From Sporopachydermia quercuum (lineage: Eukaryota): 64,000 bases of DNA. The translations under genes and the position numbers were made by a program. The DNA lies in the NCBI GenBank assembly GCA_001599295.1, contig BCGN01000011.1, positions 62,001-126,000 on the forward strand, given 5' to 3'. The notes below the pieces were generated by a model. That model was not told the origin of the DNA, searched no databases, and saw nothing but the letters and a program-made list of their open reading frames with translations. Each line of letters opens with the position of its first letter. Within the stretch, counting starts at the first letter, position 1. Positions 11,375 to 22,656 of the stretch are shown one piece after another.

Positions 11375-12415
11375 CTAATCCTCTTGCCCTTCGACTATAT
11401 TTTCATCTTTGCCGATTTTTTCTTCTTCTAAATCGGCATCTTTTCCTGGTCCTTCTGATAAAGTCACATTGACTCGCATGCCGCCTGCATCAATCAGTTC
11501 CATTCCTGCATTATAGACCTTATCTTGGTTACCTGTTTTGGCAATGGGGATTTCTCCTCTTGGTTTGATTTTCCTTAAAACATCCCAAAACAGCTCATCG
11601 TGAGAATCAGAAACACAATGAGCCAGTTGATGCCGAAAAACTTCCTTAACAGATTGATAGTCTCGGAAAGATTTCCTATCTGGGGTTCGGAGTAACAACT
11701 TAATGATCCGACCTCGACCTTGATTCAACCCTAATTGCTGGGTAGGATTAGCATCGGGGTCAATCTCGGTTAGTAATGTGACTCGGATATGTAGTACATT
11801 GATAGCTTGAATAATATCTGGATCAGTGGCTAATGATTCTAAGAATGTTAAAGCAGCGGTGTTAGTTTCCTTATTAGGCAATGCTGATACTCGAGAAATA
11901 AGGCTCTGGTGAAACCTTGTTTGTCGGAAAAGCCGTCTTCGGGATCTAATTTGGCTCATCATTTGCGTAGTCTGTAGATTTTCGATATCCGATGTGGTTG
12001 TTCCGATCAATTTAAGTTTCCGAGGTCCAGAACCCAAAATCTCAAGAATTTGTGTTGTGGTGTCACTGATTTGCTTCAAGTTCCTTGCCTCGGCGTCAGC
12101 TAGTCCTTCTGCTTCCGCTTCAGTATCAGCATCAGCTGTATCCCCTCGACTAAGACGGGCCAACACGTCTGGCGGTAACTTCAAAATGCCGACATTTGGA
12201 GCTATTAGCTTCTGAAACTCGACCGGAATGTTAGTGACTTCTTCAATTCTTAATTGTAGCTGAAGCAGTGTTGTTGTTGAAGGTATACCCTCGAGCGTAT
12301 ATTTTTTCCCGCGAAAGTTCAATTGGCAGGAGAACGTGTTGGACGTTTCGGCTNTGTCAGTGACATGATTAATGAGATGGCTGCCTAATAATGGCTGATA
12401 TTGGATTGAAGTCAT
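11375..12415 (-). CDS. Ubiquitin-like + WLM (Wss1-like metalloprotease) domain protein with HQxxH active-site variant
   Basis: First ATG at 12415. UBL-like FRGKKY...IEEVTNIPVEFQKLI; WLM-like LGLNQGRGRIIKLLLRT...FRDY...HQLAHCVSDSHDELFW. Confidence 0.8.
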   Translation of the reverse strand: MTSIQYQPLLGSHLINHVTDXAETSNTFSCQLNFRGKKYTLEGIPSTTTLLQLQLRIEEVTNIPVEFQKLIAPNVGILKLPPDVLARLSRGDTADADTEAEAEGLADAEARNLKQISDTTTQILEILGSGPRKLKLIGTTTSDIENLQTTQMMSQIRSRRRLFRQTRFHQSLISRVSALPNKETNTAALTFLESLATDPDIIQAINVLHIRVTLLTEIDPDANPTQQLGLNQGRGRIIKLLLRTPDRKSFRDYQSVKEVFRHQLAHCVSDSHDELFWDVLRKIKPRGEIPIAKTGNQDKVYNAGMELIDAGGMRVNVTLSEGPGKDADLEEEKIGKDENIVEGQED

Positions 12416-13392
12416 TATGGTTCTGACTGATGATTTGTATGATACGATGATAAGATTCAAAAAATGAAAGATTGGTTATATTTGCCTTGGCAGAAGCTGA
12501 TTTGGTATATTAAATTTGGGAAGAAGATTATTTGTTTGAATTGTGATAATAAATTTGTTGATATTGTTTTCTTTTATCTTGACTTACTTTTCCTGCCTGT
12601 TGCCTTTCCTTACCTTGACTCGTTGCCTCAGCCCCTAATTAACCCTTATCGTGTGATGTCAGTCAATCTCGTTTCACGACTTGAATATATTATAAAATGT
12701 AATTTAATGTTATCTGCTTATTAGCAATTTGTTCTGATTTGCCTAAGNTTAATGGTATTATGAACCCATAGATGATGGTTGGATATGCTCATAGGTCACA
12801 ATAGAAAATGAGAGTGTTGTGTCACTCAGTAGTGACCAAGTAAATCTTGTATGGGGAAGGTAATCTCTTATCGGTTTCCCAGGAAGATGTTGCCTTCAGA
12901 AGTATCACATAACATGTGACTTCACAAGTGAAAAACAAGATTAGTAAAACAGGGATTTACTAATATTATGCGAGCGAAGGTTCCTTAATGTAAATTTACT
13001 AATGAGGAACTTTAAAGGAGCAATTTAAACTTTATATGACAAGAATTCAACACTCTTACCAATCAATGTATATACAGTAAGTTTTNATTCATAATATGAT
13101 AAAAATCAGAATTAATTATGCCCTCTCGTTAATATTAAATGTGAGTAGCTTTGTTTACTAGAAAGATTGAAAAAGCTGCCAGGTGGCACACAAAATTAGA
13201 TATACAAGGTGGAAAACTATAAGGTTAAGGTACTATGCGCAATCATGCATAATCATGCACCATCAATAGACTAACAATTTCGGAAGAAAGCTCTCATCTT
13301 GCCCTATTACAGCACNATGAGCTACTGTTATATTCGGCAGTCTACCGCATTTCATTTCATTCTCTTTCGATTGAAACACGACGAAATGAGAA

Positions 13393-14924
13393 TTAATATT
13401 TTTTGAAACAAAGAGATGCATTTGTTCCTCCAAAACCAAAACTATTAGACAATACAACATTCACTGGTCTGTCAGTCCATTCTTGCGGTACATTAGGAAT
13501 ATAATTACAATCAAATTCCTCGGTTTTATTCTCTAAATTAAGTGTGGGTGGTAAAATGTTCTAGAAATGATGATAGGAACACCTGAGTTAGTAGCGTGCG
13601 CGCTCTCCCAAATGGGTCATGATAACTCCATTAGTCGATAGACTTCTCAAATACCCGATCAGGACAAACAGTTTCCCAATTAACTTACATCTCGCATAGT
13701 GAGTATAGATATTATACTTTCCACACTTCCTGCACCACCAAGCAAATGTCCCAATGCGCCTTTACTACTGCTTATGTTAACTTCTGAAGGCTTCCTATTC
13801 CCAATAGCTAATGCTTGCTTGATGGCTTTGTTTTCTATAGCATCTCCTAAAGGCGTCGATGTGGCATGGGCATTAACATAATCAACATCTTCGCCAGCAA
13901 TTCCCGCATGTCTTAAAGCTGAATTCATGGCATTCACAGCCCCTAAGCCATCGGGATGTGGCGCAGTAATATGATGTCCATCCGATGATAATCCGTACCC
14001 TGCAATCTCGGCATAAATCGGAGCCTTCCGAGATAACGCATGTTCCAATTCTTCTAATATTAAAATTCCACATCCTTCTCCCATAACAAAACCATTTCGT
14101 TCTGAGTCAAACGGCCGAGAAGCTCTGCATGGTTCATCATTGAAAGCCGTGGAAAGTGATTTAGCACGAGCAAAACCAGCTAAACCCAGTGGATGTATAG
14201 CCGATTCGGATGACCCTGCAATCATTATATCGGCATCATCTAATTGAATAAAACGAGTGGCATCTCCGATTGAATGTGCTCCTGTTGTGCAAGCAGTTGA
14301 AGCGGAATGGTTTGGACCCCGGATGCCGTATTTAATACTAACGTTGCCAGCTGCCATGTTGTTAAGAAACTTCGGAACAAAAAGCGGCTGAACCTTCCGA
14401 TAACCCTATTTGATTAATAATTAGTAAAATAAAAATATAAGCTCAATANTTGAGCTTTGTTCCGTGCCACACAAGCCAATAAACCTTCAACTTACCCCAT
14501 TACTAAATGCTACCGAATTGTTGTATACATCTTCAAAGCTGCCGATGCTTGAGCCTATACAAACTCCAATTCTTGATTTTTCTTCTTCCGATATCGAACC
14601 TAAATCTAGCTCGGCATCTTCGAGTGCTTCTGAAGTAGCCGCAATAGCATATTGAGCAAACTTACCCATCCGTTTGGCTTCAGGTGCTTTCATATAGTTA
14701 CTGGGGTCCCATTCTCCTGGCCCCGAACCAACCGGAACTATTCCTACAACTTTACTTGGAATTTGAGCAAATTGTTGCTTTTCTTCTTCTGAAAGTCCTG
14801 GAATAGATTCTGTTGATTTTATTCCACATTTACCGTCAAGCAGATTTCTCCACATATGACTAACTCCCACTCCTAATGGAGTGACAGCTCCCATTCCTGT
14901 CACTACTACTCTTCTAAGACTCAT
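13393..14924 (-). CDS. CEM1: Mitochondrial beta-ketoacyl-ACP synthase, 3 exons (14924-14496, 14405-13689, 13560-13393), 437 aa
   Basis: [27 protein letters not shown] (catalytic Cys), [31 protein letters not shown]. Two GTAAGT...TAG introns join in frame. Confidence 0.93.
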
Positions 14925-16287
14925 TTCTGTAAAACACGCACCCCAATGGTATATTATTGTCTTATGTATAATGCCATGAATGCACAGAGTGTTTGAAATG
15001 TTGTCTAGATAAGAATATGTGTGATAGTGTGAATAATGAAAGATTAATGAGTTTGTTGATAAGCAGTGATTTAATTTTGTGGAGGTTTTCACAGACTCTG
15101 TGTCGGGTGTGTGTTTCGAGATGCAGGAAATGTGCATGNAATGTTTAAGTTATGTAGAGGTTTGAATGATATAAGTACATGTTATGTCTATGATTATCCA
15201 GTCCATAAGGAAAATTAAAAATAATATAAATTATTAACTTGCCAGACTCTACTGCTAGAATTTCATATTTATTACTTGCCTTTATTTGAAATTGTTGCAA
15301 TTGTCAAAAAAATAAAATGTTAACACAGCACCAGGTAGGCATAGAGAATTACCTTCTTTGCTCATTGCATACTGATGCATGAAAAAATCACAACCTTATA
15401 TGAACTAAGCATCAACAACTTCTTGGAATAGGAAATCTTACTTTAAACACTCAATGTGCAACAATTGATTAGTTTATGCGAACAAAAAATACTCAAGGTA
15501 AATTTATCTGAAAATCAAATGGTCTAGCTGGTTGAAGAGTTTTATTTAAATCTTAAGCAAAAAATTATTTGCTGAAGCTCATCTGACAGAGCTTCGACAA
15601 GTGAAAGTCACCAACTACAAGTAAAGTATTGTCAGTTGAAAAATTAATGATTAGAAAGAAAGCGCGCGCTTAGCTCTTGATGATGGCTCACGTTTATTAA
15701 CTCAAGAAAAATATCAAACACTAAACTAATTATTGCATAGTCAGTGCATTTTGCAACGTAAACAACCAATTATTGTAACAAGAAGTAACTTGGCCAACAA
15801 TAATCAACGAAATTATGCAATTTGTTACTTTTTGCACCACAAAATGAGTAACAATTGACTTCACTATGAATCTGGGCAGATCGAATAACATGATTTCGGT
15901 GTTTTTTGGTAGAAACAGTAGTGAAGGACCAATTGACACGCTACAGACGCTTGAAGTTGAAAACACCTTCGGATTCGTTTGACCCGTCACAAATTTCAAT
16001 CCAGTTATCTGAGCTGAGCTTAGCAGCTGAGTATTCATGAATTTTTTAGGGCAGGCAAACAAAAAGTATCCATAAGGCAAAATCTTTCTGAAAATAGTTG
16101 AAAGATCCTATTTCTTAAATCAGTAATCAAATTCCGAATTCGAGATCAAGTTTCCTACCCTAAAGATTGTACATCACTACTATATTATATTATATGTATG
16201 TATTGAGTCATTTTTATTCCTCTTTCTACAATTTTAGTATTCAATATTTATCCTCATTCGTACTGATTTTCCCTTTTTTCAATCTTC

Positions 16288-19200
16288 TCATTTGTTCATG
16301 ACATCAACATATCTATTTCGGGCCCCTTTTTTACCCTTTCTAGCTACACTTCCGGATGGAACATTGCCCAGCAGGTCATCTAAGCCACCAGATGTCGAAC
16401 CAGAGGCAGGTGGCCTTCTGCTGCCTCCTAATGGGCTTATGCCGCTTGGGGGTCCAGCTGGGGGTCCAGTTGAACCAACTACTGCCTTGGGACCACTAGC
16501 CAACACGCCAGAAGGCGTACCAGAACTATTGGTTCCTGGGGGGGGAGCAGCTTTACCAATATCAGCCTTAGGTTTATTCATCTTAGGCGGCGGAGGTGGC
16601 GCAGCAACAACTTGATCTTCTAATGGTATATCTTTATTGACCCACCGTTTTAAGTTCTCATCATAATAAAAGTGATTCTCTTCTCCGAGCTTTGCCTTGT
16701 ATACTTTTGGTTCTTTACTGGTATCTTTCTTTAACCATCCGAACCACCTTCCTTTCGACTCTGTTTTCTTATCACTGGTTTTCACAACTGGTTCCGGTTC
16801 TTCTTCCGATTCTGATTCTGGTCCCGAATGTTTCTCTGGTTCTGGTTCCGATTCTGTTGTTGTTCTTTCTGGTTGTTCCTCTACTTTTTCTACTTCTCGG
16901 TTAACCTCAGAGTAATATTCAGAGTCATTTCCTCGTCTCCAGTTAGAAATCTCATTCAGAGGCGGAAAGTATGAATTGGCTGTATTAATGTGTCCTCCAA
17001 AGCTTGGGGTGTTCAATTGAACGTTGTTCCGAGAGTCGGTTCCAGTGCCAGTGCCAGTGCTAGGAGCATAGCGATTAATGGGACGGATACGAGTCCGTGA
17101 CCCGGGCCTGGAACTGGAGCTAGTGACAGAAGCGCTTTCCGGGTCGAAGGTATCGGAAGCTCCGCGGAATCCGAATTCTTCCGCAACGTCTAAGTTGTCG
17201 GTGCTAGTTTCCCCGTTTAGTTCACTCTTGAGGCCAATTTCCTGTTTAGTATTTGCATCTATGTCTGCTTCTGGTTCCGTTTCTGCCTCATTTCCAGTTC
17301 CGTCTGCTTTAGTTCCTGTTTCGGTGTTACTTCCGCTCACACCGCTTGCAGGTACATACGTTCCTAATCCGTATCCTCCATAGCCTCCATAGCCACCGTA
17401 GCCACCATACATAGATCCGCTATTCTCATTGTTGTTGTCCAATACCTGCTCGTTTGTAAATTCACGAGTCGATGGTTCTGATGCATTTGTCTGGCCAGTA
17501 GTAACAGATTTCTTGGGTAATCCCGTTCCAATTCCATTTCCATTCCCGTTTCCATTTCCGCTTCCGCTTTCGACTTCGGAACCAAGATTGCAAAGATCCG
17601 GCGTATACCGGGACGACTTCTTCCGAGGTTTGGCCTCTAAATTAGGAGCAGCGTACATGTTGACAGGAGTTGGTCGTTTAGTCAAAGGTGGTGCAGCAAT
17701 CGGTTGAGTTCCTGGTTTGAAATTAGAGTTATNTTTAGTCTTTGGGCTTTGGGTTTTTTCGCGAATGGCTTCTCGTCTGAAAGCTGCCGAAGTAGCCGAT
17801 GTGGCTGATGTAGATGAGTCGCGCCGTCCTGATGGTGCTCCCGTCCCGTGATCTGTTCCGAACTCTTCCCCCTCGGTTTCCGGTGTGGATGATCTTATTC
17901 CGTCGCCGAAAGCCACATCATCTCTCTTCAATGTTGAGGCTGGGGAGGTAACTTTGGGTAATATCGGAACAGAAGCACCAATGGAAGGGTTCTGAGGATT
18001 AGCTTTCGGTCTTCCCACATTGACCGCTCCGGAGGCCGAATCGGAGTATCTCGGAAGATCCATGACGGAAGCAAATGTAACGTTGTTTCGAGTGTGGATT
18101 TCCGGTCTAACGGGATTTCTACCCACGGCTGAAATTGGATTGTAAACAGGAACTGCGCCTCCGATTCCGGCACCACCTCCGTCATTGTTTCCGCTGTTCA
18201 TTGGATTGTATCCGTACGGGTTAATCATACTAATGCCACCACCTCCAGCGTTGCCCCCTCCATAAGGGTGAATGGCTGAGAAATCCATTGCCGATTGGCT
18301 TCGAGAAACTCCGGTTGCGGGAGTACCCGACACCCGCTGGAATCTTATATCATCAGGTTCTGCTTCCTCGGATGGCTCATCTCCGGCAATAAACTTACTA
18401 AAGCTCTTATCGAAATGACCCCACATTCTATCAATCATTGGCCGAGACCTTCCGGGGGCCTCGGCTAATTGCTGAGCCACATCGGTGATCAAAGAGTCAA
18501 GCATTCTATCGGAATATCGGGTTTTATTTAAAGTTTTTGCTAATGCAACAAGCGCTTCCGAATACTTACCAGCTTCAGCCACATTGCCTGTCTCAGATAA
18601 GGTTAATAGTCGATAAAGTTTCCAAAGAATAAGCTCAGAACCGATCACCTGGCCGGCCAAAGCTAAACTGTATTCGTAAACTTCGGCAAACCCTATTCCC
18701 AAAATATCAACTCGAGAATAGCCACACTTCCCGTTTTGGAACAAATAGTTCACTTGGGTTGCAAATGCAGTTTCTGCAATAATAAAGCAGAGTTGGGCGG
18801 CCTCAGGGTAACCTTCAGATAGATAAACTTTGCCAATTGTTTCGGTTGCTTCTGTTCGGTTACTGAAAGAGGTAACAATTACCAATTGTAGTAACTCCAT
18901 TCCGTTGGTTACTATCCAATCTCTTCCAGTTTGGCTTGTGGCCAAAGTTTCTATCGATTGCTTACCGTTTCCGCCTAAAATGTCAAATAATATCCTGATT
19001 AAGGACAGAAACTCTGAATTGTTGCCCAGATTAGGTAATATAGCATCTAAAGTTTCCCGGCATGCCGCAAACCAGCTTTCCGGTCCCGTAACAGAAGCCA
19101 AAATAAGCGCTAATGGCCATAAATGATTATCTAGGGCAAATCTTAAGGCACTCCCTGTATCTCCAGATTGTAATATCTGACACATTTGTTTTCCAGTCTC

Positions 19201-22200
19201 TTCTGTTGGGAGCTCGGCAAATGTTCCGTTAAATCCTGAAATAGATCCTCTCAATTGGCCTCGGCTGAGGTGTGCCTGATGTTGTAGTTGATGTGGCTGC
19301 TGTTGAAGTAAGGATCGGACAGTGGAGAAATGTGGCGCAGTTTCGGTTTGCAAGCCAGGTAATTGCGGCATCAATGCTGAAGAAAGCCCTTGCCGGACTT
19401 CCTCTTTTGACCCGTCNAATTTCCCCTCTTGGGATACTAGCAGTCTCAATACCCGAATAAGGGCCTGTTTATGCCTATTTCGGTATATATCCTGAGGATC
19501 TGATCCTCCCTCCGCTTTGGCAAACTCTTCTGAACATCCGTCAAGCCATTTTTCAACGTCTTTTTTCTTGCTTTTAAGTGCTTTTGGTCCCGAAATCAAC
19601 GGTCCGGGGAAGCTGTTGTTCCGAGAACTCGTTCCGGGTATTTCCATAGCGGAAGTCGTCAAAAAGGATCTGCTTTCAAGGATCCGAACTTCGGCTGGCT
19701 GATCATACATTGTTCCATAATTCGCAGGTCGAAACGGAACAACCACAACTGCTTTGGGTCCGAAGCACCAACGGAATATAGGAAATTGTCGCTTAAGTAG
19801 TAATTCAGGGTGCTGTAAAGGCGGAGAAGGAACGGGGACACATTCGTTCTCAGCGTCCCTTCCGAAAGTTCCCGAGTTTTCTGAGTTTCCAATCTGAAAT
19901 GCTAATGGCCTATGATTGGTTGTTGGAGGTTTAATGCTTGAGGAGTTTGGGTGTCCCGTTTTATCAATAATTCCTCCGAAGGAGCTCAAAGATGGTGCCG
20001 TACGTATTTGTGGAGCCGAGGGTACATAAGGATTCTGTGGCGCAGTAGATTGTTGTACTGGGTGCTGAGGAATACTGGAAGAGATACTGGATGGGATACC
20101 AGCAGGAATACCGGATGGTTCCGGTAAAGAATTAAAGGGGCTTGGAGCGTAGTTACCTGAAGAGGAAATGGAAATTTCCCGATTTGATCGAGTAGAATAA
20201 GGTTTAGGGGATAACGCTCCGTATCGATTGCCTATTTCGGGTCCAGAAACGAGATTATTGCCCGACATGGGTACGGGTTGAAGAGGGCTTCCAGGAATAT
20301 TCGGGAAATAGGGAAGAGTTCCGCTCGGGACAGCCATGTAAGCATTTGGTCTCGGAGGCGAGAACGGAGTGTTCTCGACAACCGGAGGTGGTGCAGTGGC
20401 CACTTTTGCATAGGGGTTGATTTTAGGTGGCGCAGCAACAGAAGTGACCACCGGAGAAACTACCCCTCCGGCTCCAAAGCCAGCTATATTTGAATGAGGG
20501 GTCATTGGAGATTTAAGGGTATTGGCGCCACCAACGACTGCGGGCACAGCCTTAGCATGATGCTTCGGAACGGCAGGAAGTGGAAGTTCCTCGAAAAAGG
20601 ATTTAGGTTTGGGCGGGGGCGGTTTACTATTGTCATTAGCATTTGACAATACGCCTTGTTCGGGAATGGTCGGAATACTGTTGATTCCTCCCAAAGGGGA
20701 TGGAACTGTAGCATTGTGCGCTGCTAAGCCGCCAAAAGACTGATGCGCAGGGATTCCCGTTTGAGTGCTAATGCTGGGGGTGTATTTAGAGATAATTGAA
20801 GATTTTCTGATTTGGGAAAACTGTGGCTGAGCTGGGAATTGCTGAGACAGATTATATGCCAATTGGGGTTCGGGTTGAGCCACCACCGGTTCTTGTATTC
20901 CTTCAAAATCATCCGGTAATAAATCGTCGTCTTCATCTAGAAAGTCCAAAGAGATTTCTTTTTCCTGTTTAGGAAACGCGGGCGGAACAGTGGACGATGT
21001 TTTCTGAGGCACGGTCACGTTTTCCGGTATTTGATCTACTATAGTATCCGGAATATCTTCCAAAGGTTCTTCCAAAAAACTGAAATCGGGTTCTTTTTTG
21101 ACGGAAGCATATGGCTGAGGAAATTGGAAGTGTGATTCAGTTTTTGGGCTATTTTGGGTGCCTTTGCCGCCTAGTTGAGCAAAAAAACTGTCATCTTGGT
21201 CACCATTATCTCCAAAGACCTCTTTTGGCTCAGGCCCTTGTTCAATGAGTGACTCGGACTGTGGTTTGGACTTGGTTAACAGTGCTGATTGTGGCTCGTC
21301 ATTAATTTCCAGATTATCCACAGGTATTGGGTCAAGATTAGACTCAGCAATCTGGCTAAAAAAGTCATCTTGCGACGAATCAGGAAACACAGACGCAATA
21401 GGTCTATCGGCAACTTCTCGTTTAGGGCTATGAACTTCCTTTTCAGGCAATGAAACATGCACATCTGGAATCGTCATTACCTGATTAAGTCCACTTTCAG
21501 CATCCTCTGCCAAAGCGGATTCTATCTCATGTTGAACTTCTGTACTAACTTCATCCAGTAAGCTGATATTGTGTGAATTTTCCTGTTCGAGATGCTCATA
21601 ACTACTGGATTGGGAAATTGGCGGCTCGACAGTTTCCGGATTAGATAATGGAAGCTGACTGGAACTTTTAGGAGTTTCCAAGTTGAGGTCTTGTGCAGCC
21701 GTAACAGGAGTAGTTGTCTCAGTAAAATTACTTATTTCAGTTTTTGGAGACTCAGTCATGATGGCATTTCCCGTATCGGATAAAACTTCGGGAATATCAG
21801 TTGAGTTTTGAGCTTCTGGCTCTTGCTTGGCCACCATTATGTCCTCATTAGGGTTTTGCGTAATCTCCTGTTCGTGAGTTTCTGCCACTCCCGGTTTCTG
21901 CGTTAAACTTACCTGTTCGTTTTCTGTTTTCGGAACGCTTTCTGCATCCAGGGTTTCCCTTTCTGGTTCAGTTGTCTCATTAAGCGTTTGTGACAGTGCA
22001 GTTTGCAGCTTGTGTTGTTCTATTCCCTGTTCTAGGTTTCTTGAACTCTGTTCTAGACCAGGCTCGGACTCGGCTGCTATGTTCGATATGGGTTCCACTA
22101 TGGATTCCGCTATTGATTCTGCTATTGGTTCTGCTATTGGTTCTGCTATGCGTTCCACTGCTGGCTCTATTACGGCCTCGGTCTCGGCTACGTCGGCTTC

Positions 22201-22656
22201 AGCTTCCGCTTCAATTTCAGCTTCCAGCTCTGGTCCAGTCCGTTCCAACACAGTTTCTGTAATGGTCACAGGTTCCATAGGCTCTCGTANAGGTTCTTGT
22301 TGCAAAGCCTCAATTNCGGATGCAGATTCAACAACAGTTTTGCTTTCAGCCATAAAGATAGGAGTCTCAGCCGGAACAGTTGCCGTTATTGCTGGCTTCT
22401 GTTTGGTGTCTTTTTCCTGAAACATTTCGGTTTTCTCTGTCTTTTCTGCCAGTTCTTCCACCAGTTCGGCTACTGGCTCGGCTACTGGCTCGGCTACTGG
22501 TTCAGTTTCTATTCTCTCGTCATCCCCAGTCATAAGTTCAGCTGTCTCTGACTGCGCCACCGCTGGTGTCTCGGTCCCTCCTTTCAACTTCTCAGCTGCG
22601 GCCTGTGCTTTCGCTGCTTTCTTTGCCGCGTTTTTTTTCTTGTTTTTATTCGCCAT
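16288..22656 (-). CDS. SEC16: COPII coat assembly / ER exit site protein Sec16
   Basis: 2122 aa; acidic disordered N-terminus, RQFPIFRW, FPGPL...KKKDVEKW, FDKSFSKFIAGD, AKLGEENHFYYDENLKRWVNK, C-terminal RYVDVM. Confidence 0.93.
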   Translation of the reverse strand: MANKNKKKNAAKKAAKAQAAAEKLKGGTETPAVAQSETAELMTGDDERIETEPVAEPVAEPVAELVEELAEKTEKTEMFQEKDTKQKPAITATVPAETPIFMAESKTVVESASXIEALQQEPXREPMEPVTITETVLERTGPELEAEIEAEAEADVAETEAVIEPAVERIAEPIAEPIAESIAESIVEPISNIAAESEPGLEQSSRNLEQGIEQHKLQTALSQTLNETTEPERETLDAESVPKTENEQVSLTQKPGVAETHEQEITQNPNEDIMVAKQEPEAQNSTDIPEVLSDTGNAIMTESPKTEISNFTETTTPVTAAQDLNLETPKSSSQLPLSNPETVEPPISQSSSYEHLEQENSHNISLLDEVSTEVQHEIESALAEDAESGLNQVMTIPDVHVSLPEKEVHSPKREVADRPIASVFPDSSQDDFFSQIAESNLDPIPVDNLEINDEPQSALLTKSKPQSESLIEQGPEPKEVFGDNGDQDDSFFAQLGGKGTQNSPKTESHFQFPQPYASVKKEPDFSFLEEPLEDIPDTIVDQIPENVTVPQKTSSTVPPAFPKQEKEISLDFLDEDDDLLPDDFEGIQEPVVAQPEPQLAYNLSQQFPAQPQFSQIRKSSIISKYTPSISTQTGIPAHQSFGGLAAHNATVPSPLGGINSIPTIPEQGVLSNANDNSKPPPPKPKSFFEELPLPAVPKHHAKAVPAVVGGANTLKSPMTPHSNIAGFGAGGVVSPVVTSVAAPPKINPYAKVATAPPPVVENTPFSPPRPNAYMAVPSGTLPYFPNIPGSPLQPVPMSGNNLVSGPEIGNRYGALSPKPYSTRSNREISISSSGNYAPSPFNSLPEPSGIPAGIPSSISSSIPQHPVQQSTAPQNPYVPSAPQIRTAPSLSSFGGIIDKTGHPNSSSIKPPTTNHRPLAFQIGNSENSGTFGRDAENECVPVPSPPLQHPELLLKRQFPIFRWCFGPKAVVVVPFRPANYGTMYDQPAEVRILESRSFLTTSAMEIPGTSSRNNSFPGPLISGPKALKSKKKDVEKWLDGCSEEFAKAEGGSDPQDIYRNRHKQALIRVLRLLVSQEGKXDGSKEEVRQGLSSALMPQLPGLQTETAPHFSTVRSLLQQQPHQLQHQAHLSRGQLRGSISGFNGTFAELPTEETGKQMCQILQSGDTGSALRFALDNHLWPLALILASVTGPESWFAACRETLDAILPNLGNNSEFLSLIRILFDILGGNGKQSIETLATSQTGRDWIVTNGMELLQLVIVTSFSNRTEATETIGKVYLSEGYPEAAQLCFIIAETAFATQVNYLFQNGKCGYSRVDILGIGFAEVYEYSLALAGQVIGSELILWKLYRLLTLSETGNVAEAGKYSEALVALAKTLNKTRYSDRMLDSLITDVAQQLAEAPGRSRPMIDRMWGHFDKSFSKFIAGDEPSEEAEPDDIRFQRVSGTPATGVSRSQSAMDFSAIHPYGGGNAGGGGISMINPYGYNPMNSGNNDGGGAGIGGAVPVYNPISAVGRNPVRPEIHTRNNVTFASVMDLPRYSDSASGAVNVGRPKANPQNPSIGASVPILPKVTSPASTLKRDDVAFGDGIRSSTPETEGEEFGTDHGTGAPSGRRDSSTSATSATSAAFRREAIREKTQSPKTKXNSNFKPGTQPIAAPPLTKRPTPVNMYAAPNLEAKPRKKSSRYTPDLCNLGSEVESGSGNGNGNGNGIGTGLPKKSVTTGQTNASEPSTREFTNEQVLDNNNENSGSMYGGYGGYGGYGGYGLGTYVPASGVSGSNTETGTKADGTGNEAETEPEADIDANTKQEIGLKSELNGETSTDNLDVAEEFGFRGASDTFDPESASVTSSSSRPGSRTRIRPINRYAPSTGTGTGTDSRNNVQLNTPSFGGHINTANSYFPPLNEISNWRRGNDSEYYSEVNREVEKVEEQPERTTTESEPEPEKHSGPESESEEEPEPVVKTSDKKTESKGRWFGWLKKDTSKEPKVYKAKLGEENHFYYDENLKRWVNKDIPLEDQVVAAPPPPPKMNKPKADIGKAAPPPGTNSSGTPSGVLASGPKAVVGSTGPPAGPPSGISPLGGSRRPPASGSTSGGLDDLLGNVPSGSVARKGKKGARNRYVDVMNK

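Noticed and set aside
15730..16080. 116-aa minus-strand ORF between CEM1 and SEC16
   Set aside because: Non-ATG start and no recognisable family
16292..22551. Many short ORFs overlapping SEC16 (likewise REV3, CUS1, SET6, HAL5)
   Set aside because: Antisense or off-frame shadows of real CDS
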